From: Lytechinus pictus
Taxonomy: Eukaryota
Assembly (NCBI RefSeq): GCF_037042905.1
Contig: NC_087250.1
Span: forward strand, 13,022,001-13,086,000
DNA: 64,000 nucleotides
Direction of reading: 5' to 3'
Position numbers and translations under genes: made by a program. The notes below the pieces were generated by a model, which was not told the origin of the DNA, ran no database searches, and was given only the letters and a program-made list of their open reading frames with translations. This document shows, one piece after another, positions 34,747 to 45,499 of this stretch. Position 1 is the stretch's first letter; each line of letters begins with the position of its first letter.

Positions 34747-37188
34747 CCATACAGTCAGCAGGCCACTACCTAGTCCTGTTTCAACTCATCCATTCACCAC
34801 CCGAATCTGCACCTGATGTTATGGCTCAGCCTCGGGATCTACACAGATCCACATTGGGTTCTGGACCAAGTCCTGGTTCGACAACAGAGATATCAGCCTC
34901 AGGAAAACCTTGTACAATCAGTAGGCCGCCGTCTAGTCCTGTTATATCTCATCCCCAATTTTGTACATCTAATGTTAGGGCTCAGAATCAACATGGATCT
35001 CGGTCAGCCCTGTGGCCTGGACCGGGACCGGACTCACAGTCCTAACCTCAAATGAACTTTGTATCAAACAAATTGGATGTGGACCACAAAAGGGTCGTAC
35101 AGTACCATACTTCCGTCAGTGTACTGTAAACATAATAAACAAGTAGACAATACTGCATCGTACCCTATGTAAATATGTTGCATTCGTATTTGTTGTTATT
35201 ACGTTGAACAGTTGGAACAGAATTTTATTGGAATGTAGACTACCACTAGGACTGTTTTCCTTATTTTTGCTTTTGGCTTTATCTCTGTTGGAATTGGAAT
35301 TTTTGCAAGAAATGGATCTGGTGAGTTACATTCTATATTTTGTTCTAAGGCCTATGTAGATCTAGATTAATCTAGGCCTAGGTCTAGTTCTCTACAAATT
35401 AGAGTCTAGATAAAGAATCTCCATCATATCAGGCTATCTAATGTAAAAGATATTGACCGATTGGGTGTGTAAAATAAAAATTCTTTGGACCGCCTAAAGG
35501 ATTTACATTTTCCCTCGTGATCATATTTTCCAGAAGCGCGCAGCGCTTCTGGAAAATATAACCCCTCAGGAAAATATAAATCCGGCGGTCCAAAGAATGT
35601 TTATATTACACACCCCATCAATTGATATCTGTATAATATCTAATCCACAAGAGGACGCCATACACGTAGAAAAATATATTCTTGGACCGGCTGGTCAATA
35701 TATTCATCGAAGGTGGACCGGCTTCGAAAATACATTGATTTCGATCATATCGCGTGACGAGCATGGACCAATTGCGCTTGGCTATCTTATAATAATGAAA
35801 CACAAAAGAAATAGTGTTGACGTCATCAATCACCTCATTTCCATACAGACCAGGATGTGCATATATACTGTTTTGTGAAATTAAGCGAAACTTGAAAATG
35901 TAAAATATTCTTATTTCACATCCGATTTTGCTGAAATTTTCAGCGTTACGCTTGTTGGATTTTTTCTTTTCATTAAAATCAACTTTTTGTTGGGGTGGAC
36001 TTGTCCTTTAACATTTTTGGAACAGACATGACCTCACTCCATTTGACCTTTTGATCCCTAGATGACCTTAGACCCATCACCCTCATGGTTGAACAAAAAC
36101 TTTTTCGAACAGACCAACGGACTAACAGACCAACAGGAAAGGTGGTCTAAGCATGGACCTTATTAGGGTCCCTGCTAGGTCTCTACCGAACTTCGTTCAG
36201 GTGGGACAAAAATTGCAGCATTAAATAAATAGAATACGAGAAAGTTTGATAAAAAGTTACAAATTCCTTATATCACCGTTTCAATTTCTCAAGATCAGTC
36301 ATAAGTTACAGTGACCACTACGTCATGTACTTCGTTCAGGCGAGACAAATATTGCAGCATTAATAGATATAATGACGATAAATTCTGACAAATTTCACAT
36401 TCTCTTGACTTATTTCAAATACAATTTAAATCATACATTTGGAAAAATGACCCTTCTCAAGTTTCTCGATGAATAAGCTTGCATGTTGTATGTTTTATGA
36501 TATTTTTTATTTTGTTTATTCAAATTCTTTACTTCTTTGCTGAATTGGTTGAATTTGAAATTTTTATGATTCTTACAATCCAAATAATTGGATTTTCTTG
36601 TAATATTAGTAATAATTATAAAGAAAGGAGTAGCCATGATAGGCCAACGCTTTTTTTCTACTCCCTCAAATCCCGTTCATTACCTATTGTTTTTTTGTCG
36701 ATTTTCTTTTACAATCGAAATTGTTTTTTTTTCCTTTATTATGGAATTGATTTCGTCTCGATGTATTGTATCTTCTTCTTTATTAGATGTAAAAAAATGA
36801 ATTTGATTTTGAAATAAGTTAAAAAACCATTAGAAACCATTCTCATTTCTTTCGAGAAAATTATATATAAATGATTTTAAAAAATCACGATACGTGACTG
36901 TGAACCTGCTCGCGTGTGCCATCACAAATGAAGAAATTAGAATTATGACACTTTTAATCTTTGATGGATTTTCCTCAAACCTTGACCACTATTTATTATT
37001 ATTATTTTTCTCCTATTTCTACAATAAACTTTTGGTCAGGGTGAACTTCCCCATATAATACCTTCCCAAAGGACGTCGATAGGCCATAGCTAGGCACACT
37101 GCTGTATAACTTGGAAAGCGGGTTGAAATCTCGACCAATCGTAAAGTTTTCCTGTCGTTCGGGAACTTCTCCTGTCTCACAAACGTTG

Positions 37189-37340
37189 TCAGCGTTCGTC
37201 ATTTTGCTCAGTACTACCATAGGTGGCGCTATTGTCGGCATGAACCTCATCAGTACAACTCTCTCCCGAGGGTTCATTTTGCTGACGATCCATCCCAACT
37301 TTGCTGTGACGGTAGCCGTAGGACGCGTAGATGGTCAATC
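37189..37340 (-). CDS. CAT terminal exon
   Basis: tttcag acceptor; GLTIYASYGYRHSKVG...QNDER*; this frame is not in the ORF track. Confidence 0.9.
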
Positions 37341-40300
37341 CTGAAATTGGTGATCATTGAATAAAATGATTAAGAAAAAACTGGAAAAAAAAGGATGAAC
37401 CATAAAGAGCAAGGAAATTAAAAGCAAGGAGCAATAAAAGACACGCCCAAATCTTAAAAAAAAAAAGAGAGAACATGAGACAAAGAAGACAAAAAAAAAA
37501 TTAAAGAAAGTGTTGAGTAGATGCTTGATAGGGAAGAACACAGTCTTGAGTAATCACATATATGTGCTCCTCCAGCACGCTGGCACGCAGCTGTATATTC
37601 CCGCAATCGCACGCACGAGTTCGTGCCCGTGCGGGGGAACCTCATTGCGTGCAAGTTTCTCCATCAATTCCGAATCTTAATGATACTTCATAATTATCAT
37701 TATAAACTGTTATGTACATTTATACCCACAGTATACGTCTAAAAAAATATAGGCCTACACTTTTGAAACGGCTGCCTACTAAAAAATATGTCACCCTGAT
37801 GGGGGAAGGGCTTATACCAGGGGCCGCGGAACGGTTTTCAAAGTGGGGGGGGGGGGGGCTGACCATGCTAAAAAAAATCACAATCATATGGTAATTTCTA
37901 CGTTTTTGTACACGGTTTCGGAAAAAGTGGGGGGGGGGGGGGCTTATATAAGCCCCCCCCCCCCCCAGCCCCCCGGTTCCGCGGCACCTGTATATATATC
38001 GAAAGCCAATAAACTCAACTTTGAAATGACGCCAAAAAGATTGAAAACCATTCATGCTTCAGTTAGCACTGCCCATTTAAACAAAGGGTATGGGAAATAG
38101 GTTGGGCAGGAATTAGCCTTCCATTTTCATTTACTTTAGGTTCTGAGATGTGAGTCCATTGGATCTTCAAAGTTTAGGATGTTGAGATAAATTTATGGTT
38201 GTATCAACTAATCATATGAGTTATTAAATTGTAATTTAGCGCATGGGTGAACAAGAATAGCAAATTACAATAATGTAGCATTTTAACTTTATGCTGTGGA
38301 TCTCAGCAGTGTGTCCATGGGAGTAAGGAAAATGTGAATGGTACCTGTTGCATGGTCGAGGATGAGATAAGGTAAGAATTAAAAGGACATTCTTCTTCTT
38401 GTATCACACTTACACCCGCCCCCCCCCCCCCCCCCCCCATCTCCCGCACTCTCCATCTCTTTTTCTCTCACTCACTTCCTGGATGTGCAGTTGATCAATT
38501 ATTTTTCAATAGTCAATTCATGTGCAGTGGTTTACGCAAAAATATTCAGAACACCTTTGCCTATACTGAATTCTATCATAAGGATGGATGGATCAATTAT
38601 TACCCCCCCCCCCCCTCTCCATTCCTCCCTTTTCCCCTTCTGAGAGACTGATTGCTATTGCATAAGAAGTCCAGAATTTTCAGCTATCACTATCAGTAAC
38701 GCATCAAGCAATCTGACCAATTAAACATTCACTCATCATTCAGCTATTCAGTAAATATTTCATAAATCATTCATAATTAGATTTGAAGTAATTATTCATT
38801 AAAAAACTAGCCCATCTAATATCGGTCACTTGAATAACACAAGCTTTTAAAAACACAAAATTGTAGGACGAACAAGAAAAGTTTGTTTGTCTTATTGTCA
38901 TTCTGTACATTTACAGCCATGTCATCTATCTTGTAAAAAGAAACAAAACATTATAAATGTGTAAGATTAAAATCAAAGTCTTTCATGTCAGTGATCAACG
39001 TGGCCACCTCCTCTTTCCACACACAGTCTGCCTCTCTTCACCATATCTTGCACTGCTCTTTGGACCTTTCTTCTATCTTGCTTCAGTGCACCCATCCCGT
39101 GGGAGATTCTTCTTCTAAGTTCATTCAAGTTGAAAGTAGGGATGGGGAACATTTTCGATTTCAGGTATTCCCACAAGAAAAAATCCAGGGGTAAGGTTGG
39201 GTGAACGTGGAAGTCATTCATCATCTCGGTGCAAAGAAACAATAGGATTGCCCGACAGTTTGGTGAGACGCTCTGTCACTGCTCTTGATCGATGACATGG
39301 AGCCCCATCTTGTGCAAACGAGACTTGTTGAAAGCGACCGTTCCGTCGACCTCGAGCCGAAACTGGTCGACGGCAGGAACAACTTCTTCGTTGATCATCA
39401 TTCTGGAGGTATGCATCACCATTGACATTGTTGTCAAAGAAGACCGGTCCGACAATGCTTCCATTTCCCAGTTTCCTGTGAGTCCGGTCCAAACTGTCAC
39501 CTCTGAAACGTCTGGAGGGTGACCCTGCTCTCGATATGCTCTCAAGTTGTGAGTGTTCACTTGGACATTCAGCGCAAAGCTGGACTCATCTCCTACGATA
39601 AACTCACGTAGGAAACTGGCAGGCTTTTCAAGTAGCCATTGACAAAACCTCAAGCGACGCAGGCGATCATATTGAAGCAGTTCATGGCGCTTGATCATCT
39701 GATAGGGATGAAACGTTAAGTCCAATTGGGTTATCCTGTTGAATTTTGCGTGTGGAATCCCTAATCCATTACGGCGACTGCTTCTCGTTCAATCCCCACT
39801 CGGATGTGATGTCATCTTCTGATCTGCCAGTTCTTTTCCTCCCGGATCTTGTTCGATTTTGATTGTGATTGATCCCTGTAACGCGATATTTTCTGACGTT
39901 TTGATAAACGGTTGCGTGTGTGGGGCATCTTGTATCAGGAAAGACTTCCCGAAACCTTCTAATGTCGGACAGCAGTTGCACTGTTGGTGCGATGGTATTC
40001 TGTCACCATAAAAGACCGCTGCTGTGGTGAGAACTGAGGCCTATCCATCTCAAGCTGTCATCCCAACATCAATGACGACTCGGTTATATCATACAGACTT
40101 AAATAGTCCAGTAAATTCATTGTGTATTTTCTGTCTTGCCACTGTAATTTTATCTATCTGTGACTTTGAATAAAAAATTAAATGGACAATTAAGAATCTT
40201 ACCCAGCATTCCAATAGTTGTAAGATTACTTAAAAATGTCATTGATACTATACCCAGGTGTAAATTAATAAAAAAATTGACTTTGCATTACTGTTAATTG

Positions 40301-41340
40301 AAAAAGGGAATTCAAATGAAGTTGGCTGATTATTCTTAAGTTCAATGGCTATTCGTGCTCATCAACTTTGAAGATGATAGAATTTAGGATAGGCAAGATG
40401 TTCTGAATATTTTTGGGTAAACTAATGCACATGAATTGACTTTTGACGAATAAAACAACTGCACATCCAGGAAGTGAGTGAGAGAAAAAGAGGTGGAGAG
40501 TGCGGGAGAGGGGGGGGGGGTGTACGTGTCAACAAGAAAAAGAAGAATGTCCTTTCAATTCCTACCTTATCTCACCCTCGACCATGCAACAGGTACCATT
40601 CACATTTTCCTTACTCCCATGGACACACTGCTGAGATCCACAGCATAAAGTAAAAATGCTACATTTAATGTGCAATTCTTGTTCACTCATGCGCTAAATT
40701 TCAATTGAATGACCCATATGATTTTTTGATACAAAGGGGATATCAACATAAATTTATCTCAACATCCTAAACTTTGCAAGATCCAATGGACTCGCCTCTC
40801 AGAACCTAAAAAAAAAAAAAAAAAAAAAAAAAACCGGAAGGCTAATTCCTGCCCAGCCTATTTTCCATACCCTTTGTTTAAATGGGAAGTACTCACAGAA
40901 GCATGAATGCTTTTCCAACTTTTTGGCGTCATTTGAAAGTTTAGGTTATTGACTTTCCATATTATACAAGTCTTTTCTACAAGGATGACATATTTTTTAG
41001 TTGGGAGTCGTTTCAAAAGTTATATTTTTTGAGATGCACTGTATAATGACCGGTCTTATTGTTTACTACCAATATTCTCAAATCATTATGATGTTGTGTA
41101 CTAATATTCTTTAAATGTTCTATTAATTATTATTATTACAGACCCCGGGTACAGACAGTCTAGGTACTTGTAGCTTGGTCGGGAGGGAGACCCTCGGGTC
41201 ACATTTATCAAGTTAGCTTTCCCCAAACCCAGGCAGCTAGTCTACATGTACCCAACCACTGTTCTGTTTTCATTCATATTTTGTTTAAGCCTTTATATTG
41301 TAATTGCCGAATCGATAGTAGATAAATAGACACACTCACC

Positions 41341-41377
<37 letters not shown>

Positions 41378-44300
41378 CCTCTCACACACACACACACACA
41401 TATATATATATACATATATATAATGCCTGTAACAGCGAAACAGAAGTAAAATAATATCTGGGGAAAAAAAGGTTTCTGACAAAATATTTATTTTCTTTAT
41501 ATCACAAATTGCTGTCATAGACCTCTGTATAGTTTATTATGAATAAAAGAATGGGGAAAATAAATTTCACAAGAGCGAGCACTAAAATGCGCGTTTGTGA
41601 TCTGTGAGTGACGTACTGTCTGAAATCATAATTGCTAACGTCATGTACGGTATATGTGGCAAATGCATTATTTTGATTATCCAAACGGCTGCCATACGTC
41701 CCCAACGAATATAAACAATTTGAGCGAGGACAAATAACTTGTGTTGTATGCGTGAAATATTGCCTAAAATCATGATTCCTAATGAAATAAAGCGTTTAAC
41801 TGTTTTGTGAAAAATAAGCATAACTTAAAAATATCATAACTTTTTTATTTTATATCCGATTTCGATGAAATTTGCAGTGTTGTGTTTGTTTAATTTTTCT
41901 CTATCGATTAAAATCAACAATTTTCTGGGGTGGACTTGACCTTTAAATATTGTTTAAAAAAAATGGATGTAGAGAACAATGGTAGGCGTAGCTTAAATCA
42001 AGGTTCCCTAGAGCTATCTACCCTTTGGAAAAATTGGTGATGCCGAAAAAATGTCTCCGCCGGGAATCGAACCCGGGCCCCCAGCTTTGAACACCGGTGC
42101 CTTATATATAATATTTATATATAACACAACCGTACAAGTCAGCAAGGAAAGGGGTTGTTGAGTTCAACCGGCATGCAACGATTACCCACGTTCACGTCAC
42201 GTAATCACGTCACATTATCACGTCACGTTTTTAGTACAGACTTTCTTTTAAAAAAATCCCCCTAAAAATGAAACAGCGAAATTTAGTACACCATTTTATT
42301 GTAAAACCTTAATACTTTACAGGTATGTATTGAAAATAAAGCCGAGGCTGGAATGAACTGATAAAAAAAAAAATGATTTGATTCTAACTTGCGTCCCAAG
42401 GAAAAGGGGGGGGGGTCGCAAATTCAAAGTGGATTTAGGAATGTAGACCGGTACAACGCAAATTAACCAATAGTGAATCGATTATTAAAGCCACAAAGAT
42501 TCAATTTTCTTTCGTTTAGTACAAAAATGCTAGAATTTACCGAAACGCAAATAACAGGATAAGATAGGAGATTAAGCTGCGTCATAATAAAGGGTGAAAC
42601 TTTCGGACTTTTAATATCGCACACATACAGTGCGATCCTTATGTGGTTGCATTTCGGTGAGTAACGTCATGATTAGTCTAACAAGCGCTTGCAATTCTAA
42701 AAATGTTGGGGAAAGTGCGTAAAAACTCGTGTCATGTATGTGCAAAACTGCGACTTCTCGTGGTTTACCGGCGTACAAATTAACAAATTGAAGACCTTAC
42801 ACCTCATAGATTAGGGGGACTTTTTTTACGAAAGTCCTCAAAACATGACGTGATAAAGTGACGTGAACGTGAGTAATGCTTGCAAGCCAGTTTAATCCCC
42901 CTCTTTTGTAATTTAAGGATACCCAAGGGGAATGGGCTAAACACCGAAAGGAATGAATACAGCAATGGCATTTCCTTGTTTGGGGACAAAAGCAGTGTCT
43001 ACCAAACCACTTTATTTTGGAAGGGCGATAGCGTAGGCTACGTAAACTACGATGACGTCATGAAAGGGAAATGGTGACTTACCAGCTACGAGCCAGACCA
43101 GATACCGAAGCCAAGTGACCTTTCTGAGTTTGAGCATGAGAACAACATTGCACACAATACTGAGCCACGGCAACCAAGGGACCAGAGGAACCTGCAAGGA
43201 AAGTGTTAAGTGCCCAGTTAGAGCTCATCAAAATAATAGACCTTTACTTTAGCATATGACATCATAATCTCATTGCGCCCTCCCTTAGAGGCTATAGAAA
43301 TACGCGTACACGGAGCTGTCAGAGATGCGCCAGCTGCAGATCACCAAAGCGTGCAAGGCAATGGCTTCATCCTTTAAGATCACGGCACCATGACGTCATT
43401 GCAAAATGTATATAGACACATGTGATGTAGACTAGTCTTGATACTCTGATTCATAATGTTTTTCGAAAAGATATTGTGACATTAATCTTTTACTTGCTAC
43501 TACTTTTTGTTCCTTGCAGGAAAATATAAATATTTGTAGATGAAATCTATTATCCCTTAAGTTTTTTTACCCGGCTAAATATTTGTGTTATAAAATGTTG
43601 ATCAGTTTTTCCTAAAAGAAAACCTATAAACACCAAATCCTATTAAAGGTCAAGTCCATCACCAAAACCAGTTGATTTCAATAGACGAGGAAAAAAATGC
43701 AAAGCCGAAATAAGTGAAGTGTGACTTCTAAACATGCATACAATTGAAGGTAATTTTCACGTTCTTTTTACATGGCTGTGCAAAATATTTTGCTCAAGCC
43801 CCCATTTACCCCCTCCCTCGGTTGCGTGGCCCCTGTGAAGTCATGGTGGGGTGGGATTGCTTACCCTGTAGTACTGTTTTGTATCTTCATTCTGATAGTG
43901 AAGCGTGATGATGAGGAAAGTCCCGAGTGCACATACGCCAAAAAGGAGGAGTAAAATAATCGCCCACCATTCTCCTTTTGCAATCTCCAGGGAAGCATGT
44001 TCTATTACGGCAATGCTACCAAACAGAAATAGAATCGAGAAGAGTAGACTGGCCTTAACAGCTACCCCTGACTCGAATCGTAGGAGCTCGCGTAGTAGAG
44101 GGGTTGAACGAAACTGATGCTTCAGAGTTCCAGGAGTTTGTATGGACGTGGTGTCCAGGAGAGCGGTGCTATCATTGGCTGGTCCGCTGTTGCTATTGGT
44201 TGGAGCTTGTCCTAGGGATGACAATTCCACCCCATCCATGGTACTTGCCCTCAAGTCTTCTGGTCCGTATCGGAGAAAGATGATTGCACCTGCTACGAAG

Positions 44301-45499
44301 GCATACCCTACTAACACTCCAATTGAGATAAACTCCACTAGTTCTACGAGAGGAACAAAAGTTGCCGGTATGGTGGCAAAAAACATTGCAAGAAGAGTGG
44401 CATACACGGGGACGTGCGTGTAGCTGTTGATAATGCTCAAGCAACTGAAGAGCAGCCCGTCCGAAGAAATGGCGTATAAAGTTCTAGGGATGCAGTAGAG
44501 ATTCATGGCTAGGGCTGAAAACATGGCGCAAATTGCACCTACACTTACTAGCCACCTCGCCCACTCTATCCCACGGGCTTGAAAGGCGCTGGCGAATGCC
44601 GACTGTTCGTCCAATTCTGTATAGGGCACCAATAGGGTTAGGACAGCTGACGCAAGAATGTAGCAGGTGCCGGTGACAAGGATAGCTAAGAATGTAGCCC
44701 TTGGAATACTTTTCCGTGGATTCATGGTCTCTTCGTTTGCCATTGCTATGGCATCGAACCCGACGAAGGAAAAAAAGAGCGTGGCTGCTCCTGCTATGAT
44801 GCTGGAAGTTCCATTTGGCACAAAACCACCATTGTCCTCCCAGTTGTTGATATCGGCTTTAGCGAAACCCGTTACAACTATCACGGCAATGACACCAATG
44901 TTGATAGTCATGCAAACTGTTGTGACCCATGAAGATATCTTCGCTCCAGTTATAATTACGATAGCCACCAGAACAACCGCAACGCAAGCGAATATATTAG
45001 GATAAGGTGCAAGATATGGAATATCCCACGTTTGACCCTCCATCAAGACGTTTACGGTGAAGTTTCTGAAGGCATACCCAGTCAAGTTGTCCAGGTATCC
45101 TGTGATAGATGAGGCCAACGCTGCAGCGGTGATAACGTACTCAAGAATCAAGTCCCACCCTATAACAAAAGCCCACAGTTCTCCAAGAGAGATGTAAGCG
45201 AAAGTGTACGCCGACCCTGTCCTTGGGATTCTGCAAGCAAACTCCACGTAGCAGATTGCGGACAGCATGGCAGCAACCAAAGCTATTGCGTAGGATATTA
45301 TGATGGCAGGTCCGGTGACTTCTTTCACCTCGACGCCGGTGAGGACGTAGAGACCAGAACCAAACATGGCTCCCATGCCCATGATACAGAGCTGAAAGGT
45401 GTTCAGGGACCGTCTCAAAGGCGTCTCAAAGAGCTCCTTGTCGCTACCAAGCGGTTTCCTTTGACTGATCCTAGATAAAAGGTCTCTGCAGAAAGTCAT
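37189..45499 (-). CDS. SLC7A4: Cationic amino acid transporter (SLC7A/CAT family, CAT-4-like); 3 coding exons, 631 aa
   Basis: Exons 45499-43865, 43191-43083, 37340-37189; total 1896 nt, phases 0 and 1. Motifs LRRSL, GSGLYVLTG, CYVEFACRIPRTGSAYTF, FVGFD, VPLVPWLP, GLTIYASYGYRHS. Family is certain; the paralogue assignment is tentative. Confidence 0.92.
37818..37990. mobile_element. Poly-G/poly-C MITE inserted in the left TIR
   Basis: CAGGGGCCGCGGAAC...GTTCCGCGGCACCTG; absent from the right TIR. Confidence 0.75.
38988..40048 (-). pseudogene. DD41D transposase, frameshifted
   Basis: HTH region, RSGRKR, FHPYQM, VGDESSF, VGPVFF, QDGAPCH, PRSPNLTP-LDFFLWEYLK; 41 residues between the second and third Asp after repairing a 1-nt deletion. 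Confidence 0.88.
41960..42103 (-). mobile_element. tRNA-derived SINE
   Basis: B box GGTTCGATTCCC; body shared with 4349-4455. Confidence 0.7.
43083..43191 (-). CDS. CAT exon 2
   Basis: VPLVPWLPWLSIVCNVVLMLKLRKVTWLRYLVWLVA; ttgcag acceptor, GTAAGT donor. Confidence 0.93.
43865..45499 (-). CDS. CAT main coding exon (545 codons)
   Basis: 552-aa ORF, ending at an AGG|GTAAGC donor. Confidence 0.95.

Larger units (their letters stand above)
31472..35794. mobile_element. Crypton (tyrosine recombinase DNA transposon) composite insertion
   Basis: Bounded by ATATTA and ATAATA 6-bp near-direct repeats; contains a DUF3504-like pseudogene and several inverted modules. Confidence 0.8.
31093..36007. mobile_element. 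Kolobok-like TTAA MITE split by the Crypton insertion
   Basis: AGGTCAAGTCCACCCC...GGGGTGGACTTGTCCT-TTAA; the halves 31093-31471 and 35795-36007 match the intact copy at 61768-62361. Confidence 0.8.
37729..41041 (-). mobile_element. Tc1/mariner DD41D (rosa/Visitor-like) element with ~670-bp TIRs, inside a CAT intron
   Basis: 37729-38580 is the inverted copy of 40375-41041; CAGT...ACTG ends, TA on the right; transposase in the centre. Confidence 0.88.

Noticed and set aside
37002..37298. 98-aa minus-strand ORF as the CAT last exon
   Set aside because: Wrong frame; the phase-1 frame gives the conserved IY..YG.RHS motif and stops at 37189.
43905..45005. Plus-strand ORFs overlapping CAT
   Set aside because: Antisense shadows of a real coding exon.
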